Shown: positions 42,208 to 51,900 of the stretch, piece after piece
Layout: the number at the start of each line of letters is the position of its first letter
Position numbering within the stretch: the first letter of the stretch is position 1
NCBI GenBank assembly: GCA_965249725.1
Contig: CBDFMQ010000002.1
Span: 1,376,001-1,440,000 of the forward strand
Direction of reading: 5' to 3'
Source of the DNA: Longimicrobiales bacterium
GTDB lineage: Bacteria > Gemmatimonadota > Gemmatimonadetes > Longimicrobiales > Gaopeijiaceae
Length of the DNA stretch: 64,000 bases
Notes under the pieces: generated by a model
Seen by the model: the letters and a program-made list of their open reading frames with translations, nothing else
Told to the model about the DNA's origin: nothing
Database searches by the model: none
Program-made: the position numbers and the translations under genes

Positions 42208-42658
42208 TGGCTTCTCCGTTTTGGGAATCCTCGCGGCGCGATCCGGTCGGGTCGCACGAGCGCCACAAATCTACCGAATCGAGAGGGGTCGTCACTAGAG
42301 CCCAGGAAGCGCGAAATCACGCACTCGGGTGCGTGTGGCCAACGTCCTCGGGGAACTCCGCGGAACCGAGCTGCCCGACGAGTACGTCGACGACCTGCGA
42401 AACAACGCCACACTCGCAGCCATGCTGGCGTACTTGGCCTCGGAGGACCCCCAAAGAGTGTCGAACGCACAGAGGACCCTCCCGGGCAACGAGGAGTGGC
42501 CGGGGTGTCGTCCGGCACGGCGGAGCTCCGGCCGATAGCCGACGCCATGCCAGCCGCTGGACAAACAGGACGTTCCGGCATAACATCGGCCAGTTTCAGG
42601 CCGTTTAAGGGTCTGGCCTAGCTAGAATTCAAACGCTCCAGTACGGAGGAGACATTCG

Positions 42659-43081
42659 ATGGCGCGGATTCGTGTCACGCTCAAGTGGATCAAGATTCTC
42701 GACAAGCTCGAGCCGTTCTTCAAAGAGACGGGCGAGTTCCGTTTCCGTTCCCAAGTGTCGAGTGAGAACGCGGGTGGTCTCTCCGAGGAGACCGGCTTTC
42801 CCGAGGAGGGGCACTATTCCCTATCGGACAAACCTGGCTGGAACTTCGTGACGCTGAACAAAGTGTTGTTCGACGGGGACATCGAAGACCACTTGGTCGT
42901 AGAGTTGTTCGGCGAGGAGATCGACACCCTGACCGCCAACGACGAGCTCGATCGATACCGCCGGGAATTCAGTGGACCGGTCGACGAGTGGGTGGGTCTC
43001 TACGAGCCCGCGGACGAGGGATCGGACGATCCTGAAGCGATGTCCAACTGGCGCATCAGCTACATCATCGAGAAAGCCTGA
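42659..43081 (+). CDS. Hypothetical acidic protein
   Basis: GGAGGAG RBS, protein-like composition, own terminator. Confidence 0.75.
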   Translation: MARIRVTLKWIKILDKLEPFFKETGEFRFRSQVSSENAGGLSEETGFPEEGHYSLSDKPGWNFVTLNKVLFDGDIEDHLVVELFGEEIDTLTANDELDRYRREFSGPVDEWVGLYEPADEGSDDPEAMSNWRISYIIEKA

Positions 43082-43099
43082 CGTTCGGCACATAGCATG

Positions 43100-43139
43100 A
43101 AGAAGAGGGCCGTCGGTTCACCTGACGGCCCTCTTCTTT
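43100..43139. terminator. Bidirectional intrinsic terminator
   Basis: AAGAAGAGGGCCGTC / GACGGCCCTCTTCTT between convergent genes. Confidence 0.85.
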
Positions 43140-43186
43140 GTGTGATCGGCTTTATGTGATCGGCCTGTTTGCGTGATCGGCTCGCC

Positions 43187-44911
43187 CTAGAAGAACACCG
43201 GCTCCTTGTAGCCGCCGAAGACCTCCTCCATGGCGTGACGGATCTCAAAAAGTGTGCAGTCCGCCCGCGCGCAATCGAGAATCGCCGGGACCACGTTGCC
43301 ACCGTCACGGCACACGCTCTCCAGGTCTTGCAGGGTGCGTTGCACCCGGGCGTCGTCTCTACCGGCCCGAAGCTCGGCCATGCGCTTACGCTGACGCTCT
43401 TCCACGGTCGCATCGATCTTGAGAGTGTCGATCTCGACCTCCTCCGAGCCTTCAGTGAACTCGTTCACACCCACCACCAGGCGAGTGGACGACTCCACGT
43501 CGCTCTGCTGTCGAAGGGCCGAATTCGCGATCTCCTGCTGGAAGAAGCCGGTCTCGATGCCCGGAACGACGCCGCCCAACTCGTCGATCTGACGGAACAG
43601 ATCGAGCGCTTCCGCCTCGAGTCGGTCGGTGAGCGACTCCACGAAGTACGAGCCCGCCAACGGGTCGATCGTGTTGGGCACGCCGCTCTCGAAGGCGAGA
43701 ATCTGCTGAGTTCGGAGCGCGATCCGCACGGCCTTCTCGGTGGGGAGCGAAAGAGTCTCGTCCATCGAGTTCGTATGGAGCGACTGCGTGCCGCCCAGGA
43801 CGGCGGCCATCGCCTGGTAGGCGACGCGCACAATGTTGTTCTCGGGCTGCTGAGCCGTGAGGCTCACCCCGGCCGTCTGAGCGTGTGTACGGAGCCGCCA
43901 CGCATCCGGGTTCGTCGCTCCGTACTTGTCGCGCATCACCCGCGCCCAGATGCGCCGGGCAGCCCGGAACTTCGCGATTTCCTCGAAGAAATCGTTGTGG
44001 ACATCGAAGAAGAACGACAGCTGCGGGGCAAAGCGGTTCACGTCGAGTCCCCGCTCGATGCCCCGTTCCACGTACTCGAACCCGTTCCGCAGCGTGAACG
44101 CCAACTCCTGGACAGCCGTGGCCCCGGCTTCGCGTATGTGATAGCCGGAGATGGAGATCGGGTTGTACTTCGGCGCGTGCTCCGAGCACCACTCGAACAT
44201 GTCGACGATGCAACGCAGCGCCGGCTCCGGAGGGAAGACCCACGCGTGCTGGGCTTGGTATTCCTTCAGGATGTCGTTCTGGACCGTACCACGCAGCTTG
44301 TCCGGCGAAACGCCCTGTCGCTCCGCAGCGGCCACATAAAAGCAGTAGAGGATGACGGCCGGACCGTTGATGGTCATCGAGACCGAGACCTTGTCGAGCG
44401 GAATCCCCTCGAACAGCGTCTCCATGTCCTTCAGTGACGAGATGGCGACGCCGCAGACACCCACTTCACCGAGGGAGCGTGGGTGATCGCTGTCGTAGCC
44501 CATGAGCGTTGGAAAGTCGAAGGCTACGGACAGCCCGGTGGTGCCATGATCCAGCAGATACTTGTACCGCTCGTTGGTCTCCTCAGCCGTCGCGAATCCG
44601 GCGAACTGGCGCATCGTCCAGAGACGAGTGCGGTACATCGTCGAGTAGGGACCACGCGTGAACGGAAACCGGCCGGGCACCCCCAGGGCGTCCTCATAGC
44701 TCTCCGCCTCTGCCCGGTCGATCGGCGTGTAGAGCGGCTGTACCTCCATGCCGGACAGGGTCGTGAACGGGACGTCGCGAGTCGGGGTCGCTCCGAACTC
44801 CTGTTCCCAGGCCTCGAGCTGCTCACGCAGCGACTCTATCTCCGCCTCTTGCTCGGCCACCTTATCGATTAGGTCGCCGGGAGACGTCAAATCACGCTCT
44901 AGAGTGGACAT
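43187..44911 (-). CDS. B12-dependent acyl-CoA mutase large subunit (isobutyryl-CoA mutase-like)
   Basis: [43 protein letters not shown] and [10 protein letters not shown]; no fused B12 domain. Confidence 0.92.
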   Translation of the reverse strand: MSTLERDLTSPGDLIDKVAEQEAEIESLREQLEAWEQEFGATPTRDVPFTTLSGMEVQPLYTPIDRAEAESYEDALGVPGRFPFTRGPYSTMYRTRLWTMRQFAGFATAEETNERYKYLLDHGTTGLSVAFDFPTLMGYDSDHPRSLGEVGVCGVAISSLKDMETLFEGIPLDKVSVSMTINGPAVILYCFYVAAAERQGVSPDKLRGTVQNDILKEYQAQHAWVFPPEPALRCIVDMFEWCSEHAPKYNPISISGYHIREAGATAVQELAFTLRNGFEYVERGIERGLDVNRFAPQLSFFFDVHNDFFEEIAKFRAARRIWARVMRDKYGATNPDAWRLRTHAQTAGVSLTAQQPENNIVRVAYQAMAAVLGGTQSLHTNSMDETLSLPTEKAVRIALRTQQILAFESGVPNTIDPLAGSYFVESLTDRLEAEALDLFRQIDELGGVVPGIETGFFQQEIANSALRQQSDVESSTRLVVGVNEFTEGSEEVEIDTLKIDATVEERQRKRMAELRAGRDDARVQRTLQDLESVCRDGGNVVPAILDCARADCTLFEIRHAMEEVFGGYKEPVFF

Positions 44912-44964
44912 GCTCGAAGTCTACACATTTCCGGTCGAAATGTCCCGAACTGCTGGGTCTAGGC

Positions 44965-46029
44965 CTACGTATCAAGCAGATCCTGCAGGATGGAGGACGA
45001 CACCGAATACGGGGTCGCCTCGCCGGCCTGAATCCGGTCGAGTCCCTGTTCGAGGAGGACCTTGGCGCCCTCCCGCCCCCAGAGGACCCCGCGAAGTTCA
45101 CGTTCCGCCACTTCCCGCACCCGGACAGACGCCCTGGCCCGGCGCCGTGCCCCAAGCTGCCCGGAATCCTCCAGGAACCTCCCGTGCTCGTCGATGGCGG
45201 CCAGAAGCTCCGGCACACCCTCACCGGACTGAGCGACGGTCTTGAGAACGGGGATCTCCCAGGCCGGCTCTTCTACCTCCGGCTCGGTCCCCACGTTGGT
45301 CCCCAAACGCGACAGATCCACGCCATGGTGCGCCGGCACATCGCTCAAGGCCTTCCCCGCCCTGAGGTGCAGCGCCACACGCAGGTCCTTCATCAAGCGA
45401 TCCGCTCCCGGTCGGTCTGCCTTGTTTACGACGAAGATGTCGGCGATCTCCATGAGTCCGGCCTTCATGGCCTGGATGCCGTCGCCGGACTCCGGCACGA
45501 GCACGACCACCACGGTGTCCGCGGCCCCGGTAATCTCCAGTTCCGTCTGACCTACGCCCACGGTCTCGACCAGGATGCGGCCGAGTCCGAACGCGTCCAT
45601 GAGGTCGATCACCTCTTTGGTGGTTGTAGCCAGTCCGCCCAAGGAACCCCGTGTGGCCATGGAGCGGATGAAGATCCCGTTATCGGTCGACAGGTCGTTC
45701 ATCCGGATTCGATCCCCGAGGAGCGCACCGCCCGAGTAGGGCGACGTGGGGTCCACGGCTACGATGCCCACCTCGTCGCCCTGAGAGCGACATAGGGTCG
45801 CGAGCGCCGCGATGAGGCTGGACTTTCCCGCCCCTGGAGGGCCGGTCATGCCCAGGCGGCGCGCCCTCGGCCCCTTGTCGAGCGCCCGGTGAAGAAACCG
45901 CTGGAACGCCGGCCGCTCGCCCTCGATGACCGAGATCGCCCGGGCGAGCGCCACTCGCTTCCCGGCGCGGAATCTCTCCAGCAGCGCCTCGAGGCCCTCG
46001 GGGAGCGGCTCCAGGAGGTCTTCGGTCAT
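44965..46029 (-). CDS. meaB: Mutase-associated GTPase MeaB
   Basis: GPPGAGKSS, DPTSPYSGGALLGDRIRM, ETVGVGQ, QAMKAGLMEI and NKAD. Confidence 0.94.
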   Translation of the reverse strand: MTEDLLEPLPEGLEALLERFRAGKRVALARAISVIEGERPAFQRFLHRALDKGPRARRLGMTGPPGAGKSSLIAALATLCRSQGDEVGIVAVDPTSPYSGGALLGDRIRMNDLSTDNGIFIRSMATRGSLGGLATTTKEVIDLMDAFGLGRILVETVGVGQTELEITGAADTVVVVLVPESGDGIQAMKAGLMEIADIFVVNKADRPGADRLMKDLRVALHLRAGKALSDVPAHHGVDLSRLGTNVGTEPEVEEPAWEIPVLKTVAQSGEGVPELLAAIDEHGRFLEDSGQLGARRRARASVRVREVAERELRGVLWGREGAKVLLEQGLDRIQAGEATPYSVSSSILQDLLDT

Positions 46030-47714
46030 CGGATGCGCTCTCCGGGACGTATCCGTCGGGCGTGACGGAGCGGATTCTCGAGTAGATGCGTCGGAATGAA
46101 AAACACTAGCACGAACATGAGCAGCGCCAAGACCAAGCCCACAGCGAGCAGCCACACACTCCGGATCGAAATGTAGAGGACGGACGATATCACCGCCGTG
46201 GCAGTAGCGAAGATGCTAAGCGTGACGCGTCGAGCCTGTAGGTGAAGAAACCGCTCCTGACCCTGGATATCGCGGGGGTGCACACGGACCCTCAGTTCCT
46301 CCCGCTCGGCGCGGGTGAGAAGGTCCATCATGGTGCGGAGGGCCGCCTGCGCGTCACCGAGCAGGTCCCTGGCGACGGCGACCGGCTCACGCGCCGCGGT
46401 CTTCACGATCTCGCCTCTCAACCCGCGGACCACCCGCTTCACCACACCGAGACCGTCGAAGTTCCGATCGTAGCGAATCCCGAGCCCCTCCAGGAGGACC
46501 GAAGCTCGAAAGAAGTACACGAGCTCCTGGGGTAGCATGATGGGCCACGTATAGAATGTGTCGAAGATCTCGTGGATGATCTCTTCGATGCGGTCCCGAT
46601 TCGAAACCCTGACCCGGCTCATGATCGCGAGGATCTCGGTGGCGGCTTCACGGATCTCGCCTCTCGATACCTCGGGACTGATCATGCCGAGCCGATACAT
46701 GCCGTTGATCATCCCGTCCAGATCGTCCCGCTCCACCGCCAGCGCGAGATCGAGAATGTACTCCCGGGTCCAGCGGGGCACGTCCAGGACCATGCCCCAG
46801 TCGAGCACCACGATGGTTCCGTCGTCCTGGACGAGGAGGTTCCCCGGATGGGGATCCGCGTGGAGGAACCCGTCCACCATCATCATCCGGAGATAGAGCC
46901 CCGTGAGACGCTCCATGAGCTCCGAAAAGCGGAGACGGCCCGACGCGAAGAAGTCGTCCAACTGATCGATCTTCGTGCCCGGACAGCGCTCCATGACCAG
47001 AACGCGACGGCGCGTGAATTCGGGCAGTACCTCAGGGGCCCTGACCTTGGGATCGCTCCTGAAGTGGTGCTGAAACCGTTCGATGTTCTCGGCCTCGTGC
47101 TGGAAGTCCATCTCCTCCCGGACGCGGTGTGAGAACTCGCGCACCACGTTCGTCAGGGCCTGGATGTGGTGGTTGGGAAAGAGAATGTTGAGCCAGTACA
47201 GCAGGGTGAAGCCGATGTCGAGATCGAGGGCGACCAGTTCCTCGACCCCTGGACGCAACACTTTGACGACCACCTCGCGACCTGCCACGACGGCGCCATG
47301 TACCTGACCCAGGCTGGCGGCCGCCAACGGCTCTCGCTCGAACTCGTCGAAGGCCTCGTCCACCGAGCGGCCGAGATCCTCCTCGAGCACGGCGATGATC
47401 TGATCCGGACTGTCCGGCGGTGCCTGATCCTGAAGCGTCCCGATGGCGGTAAGGTACGGCTCGGGGAAGATGTCGGCCCGTGCCGAAAACAGTTGAGCAA
47501 GCTTGATGAAGGTGGGGCCGAGTCCTGCGACTCGAACCACCAGCTTCTCCGCTCTGCGCTGATGGTGGCGTTCACTCCGTCGTGCGGGACGTCCCAGGAT
47601 GATCCACCGTTTCCGGTCCCGGAGAAAAGCCAGCACGAACGGGGCGAGACCCGTGAGCACACGAATCCCCCTGAACAGCCGCCTCACGCCGCCACCCGCA
47701 TTCTCAACTGCCAC
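46026..47714 (-). CDS. AarF/UbiB (ABC1) family kinase
   Basis: LGPTFIKLAQ, AAASLGQVH, VKVLRPG, HADPHPGN, DWGM, and C-terminal TM helices. Confidence 0.92.
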   Translation of the reverse strand: MAVENAGGGVRRLFRGIRVLTGLAPFVLAFLRDRKRWIILGRPARRSERHHQRRAEKLVVRVAGLGPTFIKLAQLFSARADIFPEPYLTAIGTLQDQAPPDSPDQIIAVLEEDLGRSVDEAFDEFEREPLAAASLGQVHGAVVAGREVVVKVLRPGVEELVALDLDIGFTLLYWLNILFPNHHIQALTNVVREFSHRVREEMDFQHEAENIERFQHHFRSDPKVRAPEVLPEFTRRRVLVMERCPGTKIDQLDDFFASGRLRFSELMERLTGLYLRMMMVDGFLHADPHPGNLLVQDDGTIVVLDWGMVLDVPRWTREYILDLALAVERDDLDGMINGMYRLGMISPEVSRGEIREAATEILAIMSRVRVSNRDRIEEIIHEIFDTFYTWPIMLPQELVYFFRASVLLEGLGIRYDRNFDGLGVVKRVVRGLRGEIVKTAAREPVAVARDLLGDAQAALRTMMDLLTRAEREELRVRVHPRDIQGQERFLHLQARRVTLSIFATATAVISSVLYISIRSVWLLAVGLVLALLMFVLVFFIPTHLLENPLRHARRIRPGERIR

Positions 47715-47739
47715 CGAAAGGACACGCTAGTCGACCACG

Positions 47740-49107
47740 CTAGAGTAGGACGGTGGCGAGCCCAAGCAGCAGCAGAAAGCCCGTCATGTCCGTGAGAGCC
47801 GTCAGGAACACCGTCGACGCCACGGCCGGGTCCTGTCCCCTGCGGTCGAGGAACGTCGGGATGAAGGAACCGGCGAAGCCGGCCATCGCGATATTCCCCC
47901 ACATGGCGAGCAGAACAACGAGGCCGAGCCGGGGGTCGGTACCCATGGCGTTCGCCAGGGCCGCCGCCGCCACGGCCACGACCACCCCGATGACCGCGCC
48001 GTTCAACGAAGCCACTAGGATCTCTTTGCCGACCACGTGGCCTCGGCTTTCGAGAGGGCCCGCCGAAGTAGCCAGTCGACGGATGGTGACGGCCAGAGCC
48101 TGCTGACCGGCGTTGCCGCCCAGGCCGGCGACGACGGGCATCGCCACCGCGAGCAGGGTGGCCGCCGCGATCTGATCGCGGAAGAGCCACACCACGGCCG
48201 CCGCGAAGCTCGCCGTCATCGTGTTGAGGAGCAGCCACGGTAGACGGGCACGGATCGCGTCGGCCGAACTCCCGCGCAGCTCCTCCTCGTCCGACACACC
48301 CGAGAAGAGGAGCAGGTCCTCGGTGGTCTCCGCCTCGATGACGTCGATGACGTCGTCGAAGGTCACACGACCCAATAGGACGCCATCCTCGGAGATCACC
48401 GGAATCGAAGGGAGATTGTAACGTCGGATCAGGTGGCCCACGTCTTCCTGGTCGTCGTCGGGAGCCACCGACGCCACGATCGGCTCGACCAGGCTCTGGA
48501 CCGGTTCGGCGGTGTCTGCAAGGATCAGATCGTCTAATGGTACCGTGCCCAAGAGGCGCGCTCTGTCGTCTACGACGAAGACGGTATAGAAGTCCTCGAC
48601 CTCGCGACCCTGCGCCCTCACCACTCCGATCGCTTCTCCTGCCGTCACCGAACCCGGGACAGAAACCAGCGCCGTGGTCATGATGCCGCCGACGGTCTCC
48701 TCATGGTATTGGAGAAGATCTCGGATCTCCCCGGCCTCGTCGGCGGGAAGTTGTGCCAGGATGCGATCTTGATCCTCAGGCTCGAGCTCGCCGATGAGGT
48801 CGGTTGCATCGTCGACGGGAAGCTTGTGAAGCAGCTCAGCGCCCTTGGTCGGCTCCAGAGCGGCGAGCAGCTCACCACGAGCGTCCCCCTCCTCCATCTC
48901 CGCGAGCGCCTCGGAGGCGAGTTCCGCAGGAAGGGCCCGCACCAGCGCCAGACGCATTTTCCCATCCACCGACTCGACGACGTCAGCGATATCAGAGGGA
49001 TGGAGTTCCGCTAGAAACGCCTCCAACGCCCCCAGTTCGCCTTGCTCGACGAGGGAGGCCATGCGCTCCCGGAGATCGGGAAGATCCTGAGGTGTGCTGG
49101 TGCTCAT
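47740..49107 (-). CDS. mgtE: Magnesium transporter MgtE
   Basis: N-domain HPSDIA, CBS pair, ARLPWL, GGNAGQQ, DPAVAS and TALTD. Confidence 0.94.
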   Translation of the reverse strand: MSTSTPQDLPDLRERMASLVEQGELGALEAFLAELHPSDIADVVESVDGKMRLALVRALPAELASEALAEMEEGDARGELLAALEPTKGAELLHKLPVDDATDLIGELEPEDQDRILAQLPADEAGEIRDLLQYHEETVGGIMTTALVSVPGSVTAGEAIGVVRAQGREVEDFYTVFVVDDRARLLGTVPLDDLILADTAEPVQSLVEPIVASVAPDDDQEDVGHLIRRYNLPSIPVISEDGVLLGRVTFDDVIDVIEAETTEDLLLFSGVSDEEELRGSSADAIRARLPWLLLNTMTASFAAAVVWLFRDQIAAATLLAVAMPVVAGLGGNAGQQALAVTIRRLATSAGPLESRGHVVGKEILVASLNGAVIGVVVAVAAAALANAMGTDPRLGLVVLLAMWGNIAMAGFAGSFIPTFLDRRGQDPAVASTVFLTALTDMTGFLLLLGLATVLL

Positions 49108-49126
49108 GCCCCGGACAGTGGGGCGT

Positions 49127-49558
49127 TCACGACGCTTCGTCCAGTAGCTCCCGGACAAGTCGCTCCTGGACCTGAAACATGGCGCTGTCGAACCGAGCGT
49201 CGGTCTCGGGATGCTCGTGACCCAGCACGTGGAGCGTACCGTGGATCGCGAGCCGCACGAGTTCCTCTGTCACCGGAACGACCATGTCGGTAGCCTGACG
49301 AAGGGCCTGGTCGTAGCCGATATAGATGTCCCCGAGTACGGGCTGACCCTCATTGTGAAGGGCGAACGCGATGACGTCGGTGGGCCGGTCCAGGCCGAGG
49401 TAGTCTCTGTTGAGTTCGCGGATCGCTGCGTCGTCCAGCAGGGCGAGGGAGACCTCACCTTCCCCGACCGAGGCGTCCCGCAGGACCAACTCGACCGCCG
49501 AGCGCAGGAGATCTTGCGAGACGCCTCCAGCGGCTCCGAGCGAGACCTGAACCTCCAA
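49127..49558 (-). CDS. ybeY: rRNA maturation factor YbeY
   Basis: LNRDY...PTDVIAF, LGDIYI and HGTLHVLGHEH. Confidence 0.94.
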   Translation of the reverse strand: MEVQVSLGAAGGVSQDLLRSAVELVLRDASVGEGEVSLALLDDAAIRELNRDYLGLDRPTDVIAFALHNEGQPVLGDIYIGYDQALRQATDMVVPVTEELVRLAIHGTLHVLGHEHPETDARFDSAMFQVQERLVRELLDEAS

Positions 49559-49563
49559 GCGGC

Positions 49564-51900
49564 TCAGACTCCTTCGTCGGTGACAGCACCCAGCTCCATC
49601 TGCTCGTCGTCCTCGCCGGCTCCCCGGGACGCGGCGGCGCCCATCTCGGTCGCCCCGCCGGCGTCCGCCTCGGCGGCCGAGCCGGGGGCCTCGGTCAGGT
49701 GCTGCGTGTCTGGATAGTCGATCCGGTGGTGGTAGATACCGCTCAAGACCTTCACGAACGTCTTCTTCAGTAAGGAGATCTCGCCCAGCGTCAAAGGAGC
49801 TTCGTCGAGCTGTCCGTCCTCCCGCTTGCCCTCCACGATCCCGTCCACGAGGCTCCGCACCCGCTCCGGAGTGGGCTCCTGCAGTACGCGCGTGGCGGAC
49901 TCGATGGAATCGGCCATCATGGCAATCGCCGTTTCCTTCGACTGGGGCTTGGGCCCCGGGTAACGGAAGTCGGCCTCGTCCACATTCTCCTCACCGAACT
50001 CGTCCTTCGCCTTCGCATAGAAGTACGCGATCAGCTGAGTACCGTGATGCTCGGCAATGAAGTCGATCACGATCTGGGGCAACTTCTCCTCCCGGGCCAG
50101 CCGGAGACCCTCGGTGACATGTTCCCGCACGATGGCCGCCGACGTGTCGGGCTTCAGTTTGTCATGAGGATTCCTGCCCTCCGGTTGGTTCTCCACGAAA
50201 TAGTGAGGCTTGAGGACTTTGCCCACGTCGTGGTAATACAGCCCGACCCGGCAGAGCAGACCGTGCGCGCCGATGGAATTCGCGGCCATCTCACCGAGAT
50301 TGGCCACGTTGATCGTGTGGGCATAGCTCCCGGGGGCTTCCAGGGACAGCCGGCGCAGCAGAGAGCGGTTCGGATCCGCCCACTCCAACAGCGTCTGGTC
50401 CGTGGTGATGCCCGTGAACCACTCGAAGACGGGCATGAAGCCCATAGCGACGATCGCGCTCAACGCGGCGTTGCCCCCGGCCCAACCCATCGAGACCGCG
50501 ACCGGGCCGGCGGAGCTCCCGTCGAGCAGCGCGAGGGCCAGGAGTGTCACCGCATAGGAGACCGTGATGATGGCCACGAACACCCACGTCTGAGCTCTGC
50601 GCCGGACGACGCGAACGCTCATGGCCGCCGCCGCCCCGCCGACCATGGTCGGAAAGAGCACCTGGGTGGCCCCGAACGGTGGCTGTGCCACCGTCAGCAC
50701 AGCCAGGACCAGCCCCATGACCAGAGCGATCCTGGAGTCCCAAAGAACCGCGACGGTCAGGGTCACAAACGCGATGGGCAACGCCTCGGGCGGCAATCCG
50801 TTCGCGGCCACGAGCCGCGCCAAAGCGAAATAGGCGACGAGCAGACCGGCCTGGAGGGCCAACCACCGTAGGGAGGCATAGATCAGGGGCCGAATGAAAA
50901 AGACGAGCACACCGAATACCGTGAGGATCGTCAGATTCAGAAGGAACGCTCCGAAGATCACGCCGAACCGGAGCCCCGGCTGCTCAAGCTGCTGGCGCGC
51001 ACGCAACTCCACCTCATAGGCGTTCAACCGCTCCAGGTCCTCTCGCGTAATGGGCTCGTTGGCCCGCACGATGGCCTCCTGCTGTACCACATTCCCCTTG
51101 GTCGTGGGGACCGCTTGCCGGGCCTGTTCGCGGTCCTCCTCCGTAGTGGCGGCGTTGAAGTCCAGCGAATACACCGTATGGCGGATCATGATGAGGCGGA
51201 GCAACTCGCTGAGGTCGGGACTGGGCGTCGCGAGCTGGCTCACGACCCGGTCCTGAAACTCACGGCCCGTGAGAACATCTCCACTCGCGACCGAGCGCCG
51301 GCCCGCGGCGCCTGCATCTTGGATCAGCAGCCGCTCCCCGGTCAGTTCCTCGGCCTGGGTGGCCTCAGCGACCCCCGGAGCGGCGAACTGCCGGGCCCCG
51401 GTCATGGCCGTGTTGCGAAGGAGGAGCCGCGTCTCCTCTTCCATCAGCAGCGTGGCTTGATCCAGCCGGGCGACTACGGACGTCCCCAACAGATAACGGC
51501 GTAGCGTCTCCGCTTCTCCCGCCGAAGCGATCGTGTCGATCTGGTCGAAGAAACGACCCAAGCGCACGGCCATGGTGTCGCCGGCCTCGGCTCGGAAATC
51601 GAAGGTGGGTGGCACGCCGCCGGCCGCATCCGCGCGTTCGCGCTGCAGCTCTGCGACGGACTTCGACACCACGAACGGCACCTCGGCGATCACGGGATCC
51701 GTCAGGACCATGCCGACCGAATACCGGCCCACGGTGGATCGACCGACCGGAGGGAAAAGCGCCGTAACGATGACCGCCAGGCCCACGATGAGCAGCAGCC
51801 GCGATCCATGATACAGCACGCCGTCCGGCCAGGGAGGCCTCGGTTCGTCCGAAGAGCCCTCGGAGATCGGGATTTGGTTTCCGCGACCGCTACGGGTCAA
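49564..51900 (-). CDS. 7TM-HD (HDIG) phosphohydrolase, PgpH/YqfF-like
   Basis: Extracellular domain plus 7 TM, EAPGSYAH, YYHDVGK, FVENQ, HHGT, FRYPGPKPQSKE and ADSIE. Confidence 0.9.
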   Translation of the reverse strand: MTRSGRGNQIPISEGSSDEPRPPWPDGVLYHGSRLLLIVGLAVIVTALFPPVGRSTVGRYSVGMVLTDPVIAEVPFVVSKSVAELQRERADAAGGVPPTFDFRAEAGDTMAVRLGRFFDQIDTIASAGEAETLRRYLLGTSVVARLDQATLLMEEETRLLLRNTAMTGARQFAAPGVAEATQAEELTGERLLIQDAGAAGRRSVASGDVLTGREFQDRVVSQLATPSPDLSELLRLIMIRHTVYSLDFNAATTEEDREQARQAVPTTKGNVVQQEAIVRANEPITREDLERLNAYEVELRARQQLEQPGLRFGVIFGAFLLNLTILTVFGVLVFFIRPLIYASLRWLALQAGLLVAYFALARLVAANGLPPEALPIAFVTLTVAVLWDSRIALVMGLVLAVLTVAQPPFGATQVLFPTMVGGAAAAMSVRVVRRRAQTWVFVAIITVSYAVTLLALALLDGSSAGPVAVSMGWAGGNAALSAIVAMGFMPVFEWFTGITTDQTLLEWADPNRSLLRRLSLEAPGSYAHTINVANLGEMAANSIGAHGLLCRVGLYYHDVGKVLKPHYFVENQPEGRNPHDKLKPDTSAAIVREHVTEGLRLAREEKLPQIVIDFIAEHHGTQLIAYFYAKAKDEFGEENVDEADFRYPGPKPQSKETAIAMMADSIESATRVLQEPTPERVRSLVDGIVEGKREDGQLDEAPLTLGEISLLKKTFVKVLSGIYHHRIDYPDTQHLTEAPGSAAEADAGGATEMGAAASRGAGEDDEQMELGAVTDEGV

